Below, in pieces: positions 48,241 through 58,158 of a stretch of 64,000 nucleotides of DNA; the stretch's first letter is position 1, and every line of letters begins with the position of its first letter. A program made the translations under genes and the position numbers. The notes beneath the pieces are model-generated. The model was given only the letters and a program-made list of their open reading frames with translations, ran no database searches and was not told the DNA's origin. Origin of the DNA: a virus; IMG/VR virus record IMGVR_UViG_3300028569_002824, positions 32,001 to 96,000 of that record; one strand, given 5' to 3'.

Positions 48241-48892
48241 AAATTGCTTTTTTAATTTTATCCATTAAATCACCATCGGTTGTAATGTCTCCGCTAACAA
48301 CATTGGATGGGGTTTGCTTTTTTATAAAGTTCTGTATAATTTCTTGTTTATTTAAAACCCTGGTTCGTATTTTAGGAGCAACCTCCTCATCTTTATTTTC
48401 AGCAAAATCTGCACGAATTGAGCTAGACACTATGTTGTCAATGTTTCTAGTCAGATTAATATACACCACTCTATCATAGTATTTGTTTAGCACATTTAAA
48501 AAACTTAAATCAGCAAACAAGTCCCACCGTATCTCTTTAAATCCAGTAACGGGCGAGTTAAAACATCTGAGTAAATATTTTTCTGCGCTATTTTTAACAT
48601 TCTCGTGAAAGTGAGCATCAAAATAAAATTCGTTTCCAATATACGAAGAAGCTTTGTGAAGCTGACGGTTAAGTGCTTCCGAAGAAACCGTTTTCGGGGA
48701 ATACATAACTGCTGGGTGTTTACGTATATGGTCTGTTCTATTACTTATTCTGAACAATAGATTTAACAAACACAAGGTAGAGCCCATATCTTCTCCAAAT
48801 ATATTCACGCCGCTGTGTTCATTCAATTTATTCATTACAAAGGTAGAACCACATCTACCGGCTCCCATAATTACCACAAACGTTGATTTCAC
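48221..48892 (-). CDS. Sulfotransferase (Sulfotransfer_3/Stf0-like P-loop type)
   Basis: IMGAGRCGST...LNEH...GE, GFKE, LTRN...VSS. Confidence 0.75.
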   Translation of the reverse strand: MKSTFVVIMGAGRCGSTFVMNKLNEHSGVNIFGEDMGSTLCLLNLLFRISNRTDHIRKHPAVMYSPKTVSSEALNRQLHKASSYIGNEFYFDAHFHENVKNSAEKYLLRCFNSPVTGFKEIRWDLFADLSFLNVLNKYYDRVVYINLTRNIDNIVSSSIRADFAENKDEEVAPKIRTRVLNKQEIIQNFIKKQTPSNVVSGDITTDGDLMDKIKKAIYDVSCY

Positions 48893-48901
48893 AGCGTTGA
48901 T

Positions 48902-50761
48902 TTAATATGTTTCTGGCTGTAACAGGGTATCAATTAATTTACTTATATTTTCAGCAGGCAATTGCCAAAGATGACCAATGCCTCCGTCAATATCCGACGC
49001 AGAATATAACGGGTTTATATCCACACACGGATAATTAATACACTTCAATTTAACTGCTTGATCACATTTAGGGTCGCAACACATAGACAGAAACTTATCA
49101 GCAGGCGCAATAATACTGTGTGGTAAGTATGTGCGCTCTTTTGCTTTTATTCTTTTGGTTCGTTTGACTTCCATTACTCCAGGAGCTTCGTTGTGGATAA
49201 CATACTCAAGATATTCTGGGTGGTGTGTAGCCTCTATTAATTTTTCTGCTCCTTTTAAACTGACTATATAACTCTCTGTTCCATGAAACATCAACCTGTG
49301 CTCTGGCTTAACATAGCTGAATCGTTTGTTTAATTGTACTAACTCATATCCACTAAGATTCACTAAGCAATTATTTAAAAAATTAGTCAGAGAGGTCATG
49401 TCTGCATCATCCTCAGTAATAAGAGTATAAGGAATTTGCTCTTTTACTATTTGTTGCCATATTAGATAGTGACTCAAATAACAGCCAACAGCTCCTGGAG
49501 CTCCTTTAAAATATAAGTCATACGTCAGTGTTGCTGGTCTGACGTGTAACCCGTATTGTTCACATATTAGCGGGTCTTTACGGGTATCAATGGCTTCGAA
49601 CTTTCGAGTTGACGGAATCGACTCAGAAAACAATTTCCATCTATCTTGTTTTTCTGCCAAAGTAACACAGAATACACTGTTTACAACAGGTGCTGCGTCA
49701 AACGTTACACGTGTTACGTGTTTATTTTTATTCTCAGAGTTGTATTTAAATCGATTTATTCCTACATTGGGCTGATGGCAAATTAATCTGTTGTCGTAAT
49801 TTGTCTTGGCCTTGTCAACAACTCGATACTTGCTGGTCCTTAGCTTGTCGTCATGATTAATATGAGAAACAAACAATCTAGCATCACTCCAAATTACCTC
49901 TTTAATTCTTGGCTTTGTTTCCACTATTCGCCTAGCCAAATCCAAATCATCAAATCCCCAGCCAGTTAAATCTTCTCTGTAAAAAACAAAATCGCGTTTG
50001 TCACAAAACAACAATCCACTCATTGAGTGGCCAAATCTCCAATCTCCTCTTATAAAAAAACACTCACGAGAGTCATAAGATGAGCTATTTAAATTATCTA
50101 ACCAGTCTCCATTTAAACAAAGGTGATCACAGTCTACTTTTAATATTTTATCATTGGTAGCAAAATCGAATGCTATATTATATGCTTTACCTAAATTAAA
50201 GGTAGATTCTCCTTCAACTCTAATCAGTTTAATTTGTCCGCTTTTGATCCATTTTTGTATTTTAGAATTCATCTCAAGCGGAATTTCTGAACTATAATCA
50301 ACCAATACAATTTCAGTAATCAGCGAAAGTCCCATCCAAGACTCTAAACATTGAATTAAATGATCTTCTCTATCCATGCACGCTACTACCAATGAAATTT
50401 GAATGTCAGTTGTTTTAACGTGACTTTTTATTGAAATTAATTGTGCTTGATTTGTGTCGTTTACCCAAGCACGCAAGCGGGATAATTCACACAGCACTTC
50501 CTTGTCAATATCTGTATGTTGACCGTTACTTACATCGTCACACTTACTTAAAATTAAGCTGACCAACTGATGTTTCTTCATTTGTACAAGAAGCGATCCA
50601 ACCGAAACAAGAGTCTTTACGTCATTATTAGGAATGGTGCTAATCCAATCTTTTAATTCTGTTAAATTGTGTTGTCTGTTCTTAATTTGTACAGAAACTG
50701 TCTCACTCATTTCTTTTGCGATTTGGCTTGCATTAACGTTTGTTGATATTTCTGCTGTCAT
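48902..50761 (-). CDS. Bifunctional glycosyltransferase: GT2/GT7C-like plus GT25-like
   Basis: ACMDR, LVDYSS, LKVDCD, GWGFDDLDL; then FEAID, GAVGCYLSH..IW, ITEDD, GTESYIVS..GAEKL. Confidence 0.82.
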   Translation of the reverse strand: MTAEISTNVNASQIAKEMSETVSVQIKNRQHNLTELKDWISTIPNNDVKTLVSVGSLLVQMKKHQLVSLILSKCDDVSNGQHTDIDKEVLCELSRLRAWVNDTNQAQLISIKSHVKTTDIQISLVVACMDREDHLIQCLESWMGLSLITEIVLVDYSSEIPLEMNSKIQKWIKSGQIKLIRVEGESTFNLGKAYNIAFDFATNDKILKVDCDHLCLNGDWLDNLNSSSYDSRECFFIRGDWRFGHSMSGLLFCDKRDFVFYREDLTGWGFDDLDLARRIVETKPRIKEVIWSDARLFVSHINHDDKLRTSKYRVVDKAKTNYDNRLICHQPNVGINRFKYNSENKNKHVTRVTFDAAPVVNSVFCVTLAEKQDRWKLFSESIPSTRKFEAIDTRKDPLICEQYGLHVRPATLTYDLYFKGAPGAVGCYLSHYLIWQQIVKEQIPYTLITEDDADMTSLTNFLNNCLVNLSGYELVQLNKRFSYVKPEHRLMFHGTESYIVSLKGAEKLIEATHHPEYLEYVIHNEAPGVMEVKRTKRIKAKERTYLPHSIIAPADKFLSMCCDPKCDQAVKLKCINYPCVDINPLYSASDIDGGIGHLWQLPAENISKLIDTLLQPETY

Positions 50762-50852
50762 ATACCTTATATTAAGAATAGTATATTGCTAAATCAACAC
50801 ATCAAACAGAACGTAGTCTTGAATTTTTTATAAATTACATTAAGATTAAATT

Positions 50853-53381
50853 ATGTCCCAAAACTTTACTCCTCGAGCACAACAATCGTTAGCGTTAGCT
50901 AGAAAAGAAGCAGAAGCTCTTAATCATAATTATATCGGTACTGAACACTTGTTACTCGGTCTCCTCAAGCTCGGTCAAGGATTAGCGCTAAAAGTTCTGC
51001 AATCAATGGGTGTAGGCTCAGAAGAGGTGTATGAGCTGATAAAAGAAAATACAGAGCCGAGTGAAAATCAACCGAAACAATTAAAAGGAGAAAACATTCC
51101 GGTTACTCCGCGAGTTAAAAAGGTGCTAAGCATCGCTCAAAAGGAATCAGTAAAAATGGGACATACTTACATTGGTACGGAACATTTGCTGCTAGGATTA
51201 CTCAGGGAAGAGGAAGGAATTGCTGCAAAAATTTTACTTCAGGATTTTGGCATAAGTTTCGAAGAAGTTAAAGAGCAAATTTTAAGAGAGATTGATCCAA
51301 ATTATCAGAACAGCGAACCCGTTTTAGCAGGAGGAGAAGAAACTTCACAAAAACATCAATCAAAAAAAACTCCAGCATTAAAAGCGTATGGAACAGACTT
51401 AACTGAGCTAGCCGAGAAGGGAGAGTTGGACCCTGTTATAGGAAGAGAAAGTGAGATTGAGAGGACGATACAAATTTTGTGCAGAAGAACTAAAAATAAT
51501 CCAGTTTTAATAGGTGAAGCGGGCGTTGGAAAGACATCAATAGCCGAGGGTCTTGCTATTGAAATAGTATCAAAAAACGTACCTGATCTATTATTAAACA
51601 AGAAAATAATAACATTAGATTTAACCTCATTAGTTGCGGGCACTATATACAGAGGACAGTTCGAAGAAAGAATCAAGTCTGTAATGAACGAGGTAAAGAA
51701 AAACAAAAACATAATTTTGTTTATAGACGAAATACACATGATGGTCGGGGCAGGTTCTGCTTCCGGCTCTATGGATGCATCTAATATATTTAAACCAGCT
51801 TTAAGTAGAGGGGAATTACAATTGATTGGAGCAACGACGTTAGCGGAATACAGAAAATATATAGAAAAGGATGCTGCTCTTGAGCGAAGATTTCAGCAAG
51901 TTAAAGTAGAAGCTCCAAGTATATCTCAAACAACACAAATCTTAAAAGGAATTAGAGCAAAATATGAACAACACCATAATGCTAAATTTACAGATGAATC
52001 ACTAGAAGCAGCTTCTGTGTTATCAGAGAGATATATTACCGACAGGTTTCTTCCAGATAAAGCAATTGATCTAATCGATGAGGCAGGATCAAGAGCCAGA
52101 ATAACATCAAGAGTGCGCCCTCCAAATCTTACCGACATTGAAAATTTAATTAAAGAGATGAGCGAGAAGAAGCAACAAGCCATCAAAAACCAAGAATTTG
52201 AACAAGCAGCTTTATTTAGAGATAAAGAGAGGAAAGCAAATACTGAGATGCAGAATTCTATAGCTCAGTGGAATAAAAACAACAAAGAAACGGTCGTTGT
52301 TGTAGACAAAGATGACATTGCACAAGTGATTGCTAAATGGACAGGAATACCATTGTCTAGAATAGATCAAACTGAAGCAGACAAAATACTAAACATGGAA
52401 GCGGAGTTAAGCAAACGGATTATTGGTCAACCTGATGCAATCGATGTTGTGTGTAAGGCAATTCGAAGAGCTAGAGCTGATTTAAAAGATCCAAAAAGAC
52501 CAATAGGTAGCTTTTTGTTTCTTGGTCCAACGGGTGTTGGAAAAACGTTTTTAGCTAAAGGTATTGCAGAAATAATTTTTGGAACAAAAGATTCAATTAT
52601 ACAAATAGATATGAGTGAATATATGGAAAAATTCTCAGTATCAAGATTGATCGGATCTCCTCCCGGTTATATTGGATATGAAGATGGTGGACAACTTACT
52701 GAAAAGGTCCGCAGAAAACCGTATTCCGTGGTTTTATTTGATGAAGTTGAAAAGGCCCATCCAGAGGCATTGAATTTGTTGTTACAAATATTCGAGGAAG
52801 GAACGATTACAGACTCGATTGGTAGAAAGATAGACTTCAGAAATACGGTTATAATATTAACATCTAATGTTGGAGCAACAATGGCCGTTAAACAAACTAG
52901 TCTCGGATTTGGAATAAAGGAAGAACCATCAGGCAGCTATGATATAATGAAAGAAAAGACAATGGTAGAAGCAAAATCGTTTTTTAAACCCGAATTATTA
53001 AATCGAATTGATAGTGTTGTTGTTTTTAAGTCTCTCAGAAAAGAGGACTTAAAAAAAGTAGTTGAGTTAGAATCAGATCAACTCATCATGCGCCTCAAAG
53101 AGAATAAAGATATAGAATTAGTTTTAGATGAATCTGCAAAGGAGTTTGTTGCAGAAAAGGGATTTAGCACAGAATATGGAGCACGTCCAATTAGACGCGC
53201 TGTTGAAACTTATTTGGAAGATCCTATAGCAGAAGAATTACTTAAAGAACACATAAAAAGTAAAGACAAAGTTACAGCAAGCTGTGTTGACGGTAAAATA
53301 GTTTTTATTAAAAAAGATGTTTTTGTTGATCTGCCTGCAAACAAACGCAACCCTTCAAAAAAATTAAAAAATCCAAAATAA
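50853..53381 (+). CDS. clpC: ClpC-type Hsp100 AAA+ unfoldase
   Basis: Two Clp-N repeats (YIGTEHLLLGLL), GEAGVGKT, FIDEIH, UVR middle domain (QEFEQAALFRD), GPTGVGKT, LGF ClpP-docking loop. Confidence 0.95.
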   Translation: MSQNFTPRAQQSLALARKEAEALNHNYIGTEHLLLGLLKLGQGLALKVLQSMGVGSEEVYELIKENTEPSENQPKQLKGENIPVTPRVKKVLSIAQKESVKMGHTYIGTEHLLLGLLREEEGIAAKILLQDFGISFEEVKEQILREIDPNYQNSEPVLAGGEETSQKHQSKKTPALKAYGTDLTELAEKGELDPVIGRESEIERTIQILCRRTKNNPVLIGEAGVGKTSIAEGLAIEIVSKNVPDLLLNKKIITLDLTSLVAGTIYRGQFEERIKSVMNEVKKNKNIILFIDEIHMMVGAGSASGSMDASNIFKPALSRGELQLIGATTLAEYRKYIEKDAALERRFQQVKVEAPSISQTTQILKGIRAKYEQHHNAKFTDESLEAASVLSERYITDRFLPDKAIDLIDEAGSRARITSRVRPPNLTDIENLIKEMSEKKQQAIKNQEFEQAALFRDKERKANTEMQNSIAQWNKNNKETVVVVDKDDIAQVIAKWTGIPLSRIDQTEADKILNMEAELSKRIIGQPDAIDVVCKAIRRARADLKDPKRPIGSFLFLGPTGVGKTFLAKGIAEIIFGTKDSIIQIDMSEYMEKFSVSRLIGSPPGYIGYEDGGQLTEKVRRKPYSVVLFDEVEKAHPEALNLLLQIFEEGTITDSIGRKIDFRNTVIILTSNVGATMAVKQTSLGFGIKEEPSGSYDIMKEKTMVEAKSFFKPELLNRIDSVVVFKSLRKEDLKKVVELESDQLIMRLKENKDIELVLDESAKEFVAEKGFSTEYGARPIRRAVETYLEDPIAEELLKEHIKSKDKVTASCVDGKIVFIKKDVFVDLPANKRNPSKKLKNPK

Positions 53382-54187
53382 TGAATTTTAATAATTCAGA
53401 TCTGAATTTAGCTTTAAGCAAGATTACTGATCCAACTGTTGTGATAACGTTCGTTGATAAGGAGTACGTTCAGTTGCTTGCTGTGTTTTCTTTTTTTTGG
53501 ACAAAATTAAAAATTAGTAATTTATTGATAATTTGTTTGGATCAAATATCGTTGGACAGAGTAACAAAGTTGGGATTGTTGGGAGTACACATTCCTTATC
53601 AAATACGCAATCGTCATTGTTTTTGGAGGGAGCGTTTCGAAATTATTAATATTATTTTCAAAAAAACTAAAAAGCATATCGTACATACAGATATTGATTG
53701 TTTTTGGTTTAAAAATATCATTCCTCAACTAGAAACAGATGATGGGGATATATTTTACTCTAGAGGAAACACATATCCCAAAGATATAGCCGAAACATAC
53801 GGATTTGTATTGTGTTGTGGGTTCTTTTTTGTGAAATATCACACTCACACAAAGGAATATTTTGACGATATACTAACAAACAGCAATTCAAAGGACGATC
53901 AAGTAATGACTAATACGTACGTTTTAAATAACGCTGAATCGATTACAAAGATTGTGTCTGTCGATAGAATGTTTGATGAGGTAATTATACTAAAAGAAAG
54001 AACAATTAAAACGATAAGACAAAATATTATTCCCAGATGGCATGGGGGAATTAGAGAAGCTAGCTTATTTCATCCGTTTTTGACTGGACCCATTAATGAA
54101 AAGGTTGATACAATTACAAATCAATTATTGCACTACTTGAATGAAAACTCTCTATACAACGAATTTAAAAATTTGACTGTATGTTAA
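53381..54187 (+). CDS. Nucleotide-diphospho-sugar transferase (GT77-like)
   Basis: VHTDIDCFW.KN, LCCGFF, DDQV. Confidence 0.75.
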   Translation: MNFNNSDLNLALSKITDPTVVITFVDKEYVQLLAVFSFFWTKLKISNLLIICLDQISLDRVTKLGLLGVHIPYQIRNRHCFWRERFEIINIIFKKTKKHIVHTDIDCFWFKNIIPQLETDDGDIFYSRGNTYPKDIAETYGFVLCCGFFFVKYHTHTKEYFDDILTNSNSKDDQVMTNTYVLNNAESITKIVSVDRMFDEVIILKERTIKTIRQNIIPRWHGGIREASLFHPFLTGPINEKVDTITNQLLHYLNENSLYNEFKNLTVC

Positions 54188-54189
54188 GA

Positions 54190-54393
54190 TTAAAGTTTCA
54201 CACTATGAGGAAAAGCGCGAAAACCGTTCTTCCTCCACGTTCCACGGTAACGTGTGATCCACTCTACCAGGGCCCTGTCGAATCCAATATCGCTTCCTAA
54301 TTTTTCGCTTTCAATCCATTTGTGTCGCAATATTTCGTCTCGCTCAGCAAGAAATTCTCGGTATATACTACTTTCTGTTATATAGTGTTCCAT
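54190..54393 (-). CDS. DUF4032-like small protein
   Basis: SSIYREFLAERDEILRHKWIESEK.G.DIGFDRAL.EW pattern, recalled from PVC bacteria. Confidence 0.7.
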   Translation of the reverse strand: MEHYITESSIYREFLAERDEILRHKWIESEKLGSDIGFDRALVEWITRYRGTWRKNGFRAFPHSVKL

Positions 54394-54434
54394 TTCAATT
54401 TTAAATATGTTGTGGTATAAAAGACTATATTTAA

Positions 54435-54626
54435 TTAATCTAAAAATCCTTCAACTTCTAAGTAATGTATTAATCTGCTTGTTGCTATAATCGTTAAAGC
54501 ATTAGTTGGCTTTATCTTAACGTTGGGTGGTTTGCCTGTGTTGGTCATGTGTTTTGCGTCAGAGGGTAATATAAATAATTGCAGATCTACGTCGTTAAAT
54601 CTAAAAGGAAACCAAACTTCTTTCAT
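54435..54626 (-). CDS. Hypothetical protein
   Basis: 63 aa ending YLEVEGFLD; TAAGTA upstream. Confidence 0.45.
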   Translation of the reverse strand: MKEVWFPFRFNDVDLQLFILPSDAKHMTNTGKPPNVKIKPTNALTIIATSRLIHYLEVEGFLD

Positions 54627-54740
54627 AGTATATATACTTATTATTTTAACTCCTGTTTATGCAATTTGACCCGACCAATAGTGTCATAATAACGCGCTTA
54701 TAGCTGTAGCACTTGAATTCGATTTCGCTTAATTAATCCC

Positions 54741-54956
54741 ATGAAAACGCGTTCAAAAACCTTATCCGACAATGCAATCCCTCTTGATGCTGAAACAATT
54801 AAAGAAAACATCAGAAAAAAAGTCAAAAATTCACTTGCAGATGCTTTAATTGAGCTGCTAAACATTCTTAATGCGGACTACAATCTACAAAGTAGTAAAA
54901 AATCAGAACGAGTGATTAACGTAATACATCAAATACACGCATTTGCATCGCAATAG
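54741..54956 (+). CDS. Hypothetical protein
   Basis: 71-aa ORF. Confidence 0.45.
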   Translation: MKTRSKTLSDNAIPLDAETIKENIRKKVKNSLADALIELLNILNADYNLQSSKKSERVINVIHQIHAFASQ

Positions 54957-54977
54957 ATAAAACAGTCCCACTCGATA

Positions 54978-55892
54978 ATGAATATTGACTACCCCATAGT
55001 ATCTATAATTACAGCTGTAAAAAACAGAGAGAGCGTAATTAACCGTTGTGTACAATCTGTAAATGATCAAACATATACAAACATTCAACACGTTATAGTA
55101 GACGGAAATTCCACAGACAACACAAAATCAATATTATTAAATTCTGATTTACGCCACCAAACGGTGTTTACGTCAGAAGATGATTTAGGTATATACGACG
55201 CTATTAATAAAGGAATTAAATTGTCAGAAGGGAATTTTTTGTTGATACTTGGTTCTGATGATTGGTTAGAGCCAACAGGAATCCGTATTCTGATGGATAG
55301 CATAAAGCACAACGATGCTGATTTTGCAGTGGGATCAGCAATGGTGCGTTCCGCTATAAATCCTCAGCTAAACAAACTATGGAAAATCAACAATTTTGAT
55401 TTTAGATTACTCACTAGTGGAATGCCATTTTCTCATCAGTCATTATTAGCATCAAGAGATTGTTATGAGGTATGCGGATTATATAACATGGCCTATAAGA
55501 TATCAGCTGATTACGAATGGGTAAAATCTTTGTTTTTAAAAAAACTGAAGATTGCGATAGTTGAAGAATGTGTAGTAAACGTCTCAGCAGACGGTATATC
55601 TGCTAATAGTTCTCTTTGGAAACAAGAGCACCAAGAACAAATATATGAACATTACAAAAATCCTCTATTGTTGCGCTCTATAATGAGTTACATTGAATAT
55701 ATGAACGGCGAACGTCAACTAGAAGAGCAAGAGATCCGTAAAATAATATCAGAATCTACAAACATTGATATTACTAAATCGATTGCGTTAATAATGTTAG
55801 ATCGACTATGTAGAAAAACCCATCACAATCCTCTTAATATCGACCTGAAACAACTTAATTTAAATCAAACGAGAAATAATCATTCTAAATGA
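54978..55892 (+). CDS. GT2 glycosyltransferase (WcaE/WfgS-like)
   Basis: SIITAVKN, VDGNSTD, GIYDAINKG, LGSDD, HQ, ADYEW. Confidence 0.9.
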   Translation: MNIDYPIVSIITAVKNRESVINRCVQSVNDQTYTNIQHVIVDGNSTDNTKSILLNSDLRHQTVFTSEDDLGIYDAINKGIKLSEGNFLLILGSDDWLEPTGIRILMDSIKHNDADFAVGSAMVRSAINPQLNKLWKINNFDFRLLTSGMPFSHQSLLASRDCYEVCGLYNMAYKISADYEWVKSLFLKKLKIAIVEECVVNVSADGISANSSLWKQEHQEQIYEHYKNPLLLRSIMSYIEYMNGERQLEEQEIRKIISESTNIDITKSIALIMLDRLCRKTHHNPLNIDLKQLNLNQTRNNHSK

Positions 55893-56683
55893 ATTGTCAC
55901 AAAATAACAGCATCGAATCTCATTGTGTTATGGGGTCAAAAGTGTGGAGCTACTCATTTGAAAGAAATTTTAATGCACATTGAGTCAGGGTCATATTATA
56001 ACAATATAGGCAATGATCACGTAACTCATAGTATATATCAACGATATTATAAAAGCCCCTTAGAAGATAATCTTGATCAATATACAAATAATGAGGTGTT
56101 GTTATTTGGTCGAAATCCCTACTATAGAATATTGTCTTTGTATGTAGACAAATATGTAATGACAAATTCACCAACGCCGGATATAGGAGATCGTATACAA
56201 ACATTTAATGAATTTATTCAAGGACTAGCCAATACGGGGTTTGATAGTCGAGAATCACACCGACGTATATTTTCCGGCTTCTTTCCTTTAACTAAAAGTC
56301 GGTATTTTAATTTTTACAACTCTCATTGTCACATTAAACCAATATTGCTTGATGAAAACATAATACCGGATGCAAAGCTTACACATAATATAGATGCAAT
56401 TAAATTATTATACGATTTATCGGGACGCTCAGACAAATACAGCGAGGTTCAACTCTTATTTGAAAAACAATGGAGCGTGAAACAAAATAAAAAGACCGAA
56501 AAATGTGACCTTTATGCCGACCTTGAACATGCACCATTGAACGAGTTAAGAGAGATATTAAAAACACACCGCCTAAATTGTGAGAGTTTTTTTTCTCCAA
56601 CACTCAAAGAACAATTTGAGTTATTATATCAAGAAGAGTTTAGTTTATACTCGAAATGGGGAATAAAGTTTGGTCTGAAATAA
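55889..56683 (+). CDS. Sulfotransferase-2-like protein
   Basis: WGQKCGAT, LFGRNPYYRILSLY, C-terminal Y.EEF. Confidence 0.72.
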   Translation: MNCHKITASNLIVLWGQKCGATHLKEILMHIESGSYYNNIGNDHVTHSIYQRYYKSPLEDNLDQYTNNEVLLFGRNPYYRILSLYVDKYVMTNSPTPDIGDRIQTFNEFIQGLANTGFDSRESHRRIFSGFFPLTKSRYFNFYNSHCHIKPILLDENIIPDAKLTHNIDAIKLLYDLSGRSDKYSEVQLLFEKQWSVKQNKKTEKCDLYADLEHAPLNELREILKTHRLNCESFFSPTLKEQFELLYQEEFSLYSKWGIKFGLK

Positions 56684-56744
56684 CATACTGCCAATCCACC
56701 AAAATAAAGTTGTCTTTAAAGAGGGTTTAATATATTCTTTACTT

Positions 56745-57275
56745 ATGAATATTTTTGTGACTAATATTAATCCTGTTATTGCAGCTCGTGAGCTATGTGA
56801 CCAACATTGTCGTTCTAAAATGCAAATTGAATCTGCAATACTTCTCCAACATTGCTTTAACGATCAAATACTTTTAGCTGCTCCACCTACAAAAAAAGGA
56901 CAACCTCGCAAGGCAGGCAAAGGGTATTTTAACCATCCTTGTGCTGTTTGGGTAAGAGAATCCAAACAAAACTTCGAATGGTTGGTTGAACACACTTTAG
57001 AAATGTTTAACGAACGAGATCGCCGATGGCCTCAATCTGCACCGCACTTTACAAAAACATTTATTGAATGGTGTAAAGATAATATAACCCGTACTGTTTA
57101 TTGTAAGCAAGCAAAATTGACTCCGTTTGCTGTAGCTATCAACAAAGACTCAGTTTGTAGAACTCAAGTAGCAGGATTTTCTAATACTCCTATTACAGAA
57201 CAATACCAGCGGTACATTAAGTTTGATAAGCCGTTTGCAACGTGGACCAACACCCCAAAGCCGCATTGGTATTAA
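56745..57275 (+). CDS. Pyrimidine-dimer glycosylase/DenV-related protein
   Basis: MNIF...P..AA..LCDQH..KM..ESA, NHPCAVWVRES..N..WL, C-terminal PHW. Confidence 0.7.
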   Translation: MNIFVTNINPVIAARELCDQHCRSKMQIESAILLQHCFNDQILLAAPPTKKGQPRKAGKGYFNHPCAVWVRESKQNFEWLVEHTLEMFNERDRRWPQSAPHFTKTFIEWCKDNITRTVYCKQAKLTPFAVAINKDSVCRTQVAGFSNTPITEQYQRYIKFDKPFATWTNTPKPHWY

Positions 57276-57835
57276 TTATTGATGACGAAGGCTTCTGTAA
57301 GTTGTGCTTTTAAAAATAACGAAAGTGTCTTAGCATCGCTAAAACTATCTGTGCGCATTTCTACAGCAACTCCACCAGCATCTCGCCAATGTTTTATATA
57401 AGGAGGAAAGTCATCAACTAATATGTTTGGTGAACCATCATCATCAATCGCGTAAACTGCTTTGTTTTGAGGAAATAATATTTCTACTGGTTGGGGACTC
57501 AAATGCTTTTTGATCCACGAAAGCTTTCCTTTTTTTGATTCGTCTCTGTCTATTGAAGCAGGACATGAGCATATTTTATATTCTCCAGCAACAGAAACTG
57601 CAGCATTAATAACTGCTATGGTTTTGTCTTCAAATGTAGGAAGATTTGTAAAAAATTGTTGTACTCCTCCATGCTTTTTAAAAAACTTTGTTGCATCGCT
57701 CTTCGTTGTCCAAATTTTTTTAGCCTCGGTTTTCTCTTTTAGCGTTAGAACTTTATATGGCTTTTGATGAATTTCTTGAGCAACAAATCCAAATAAATCT
57801 GCAAGCACTCCATCCATATCTAAAAATATCTTCAT
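57272..57835 (-). CDS. HAD 5'(3')-deoxyribonucleotidase-like protein
   Basis: IFLDMDGVLAD, GKLSW, ILVDD, W..AGG. Confidence 0.85.
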   Translation of the reverse strand: MKIFLDMDGVLADLFGFVAQEIHQKPYKVLTLKEKTEAKKIWTTKSDATKFFKKHGGVQQFFTNLPTFEDKTIAVINAAVSVAGEYKICSCPASIDRDESKKGKLSWIKKHLSPQPVEILFPQNKAVYAIDDDGSPNILVDDFPPYIKHWRDAGGVAVEMRTDSFSDAKTLSLFLKAQLTEAFVINN

Positions 57836-57865
57836 TCAAATTAAGAAGGTATCTTTGGATATTTT

Positions 57866-58150
57866 TTACTTTGCATCAAATTCGGATTGCTTTTTTTTCC
57901 TAGCAAGTTGAGCGGCCTCTCTAGCTAATACTTCTACTTGTGGGTTTTTATTAACATCCTGTGGGAATTTCAGTCCAGCAGCTTCATACACAGCTTTTTT
58001 CGCTACTCGCCCCGCAATCCGTATTGCTTCTTCCTGGTTGATTGTATTTGTGAGGTCGGTTGGAGAGTTTACTGTCAACTCTACATCTTTTTGGTTCTGT
58101 TGTGGCTTACTTTTACTCGCAAAAAGTTGTGCTGTGGTTTGTGGTTTCAT
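57866..58150 (-). CDS. Hypothetical late protein (start ATG 58150)
   Basis: Perfect TATAAATA at 58163-58156. Confidence 0.55.
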   Translation of the reverse strand: MKPQTTAQLFASKSKPQQNQKDVELTVNSPTDLTNTINQEEAIRIAGRVAKKAVYEAAGLKFPQDVNKNPQVEVLAREAAQLARKKKQSEFDAK

Positions 58151-58158
58151 GAGTATAT

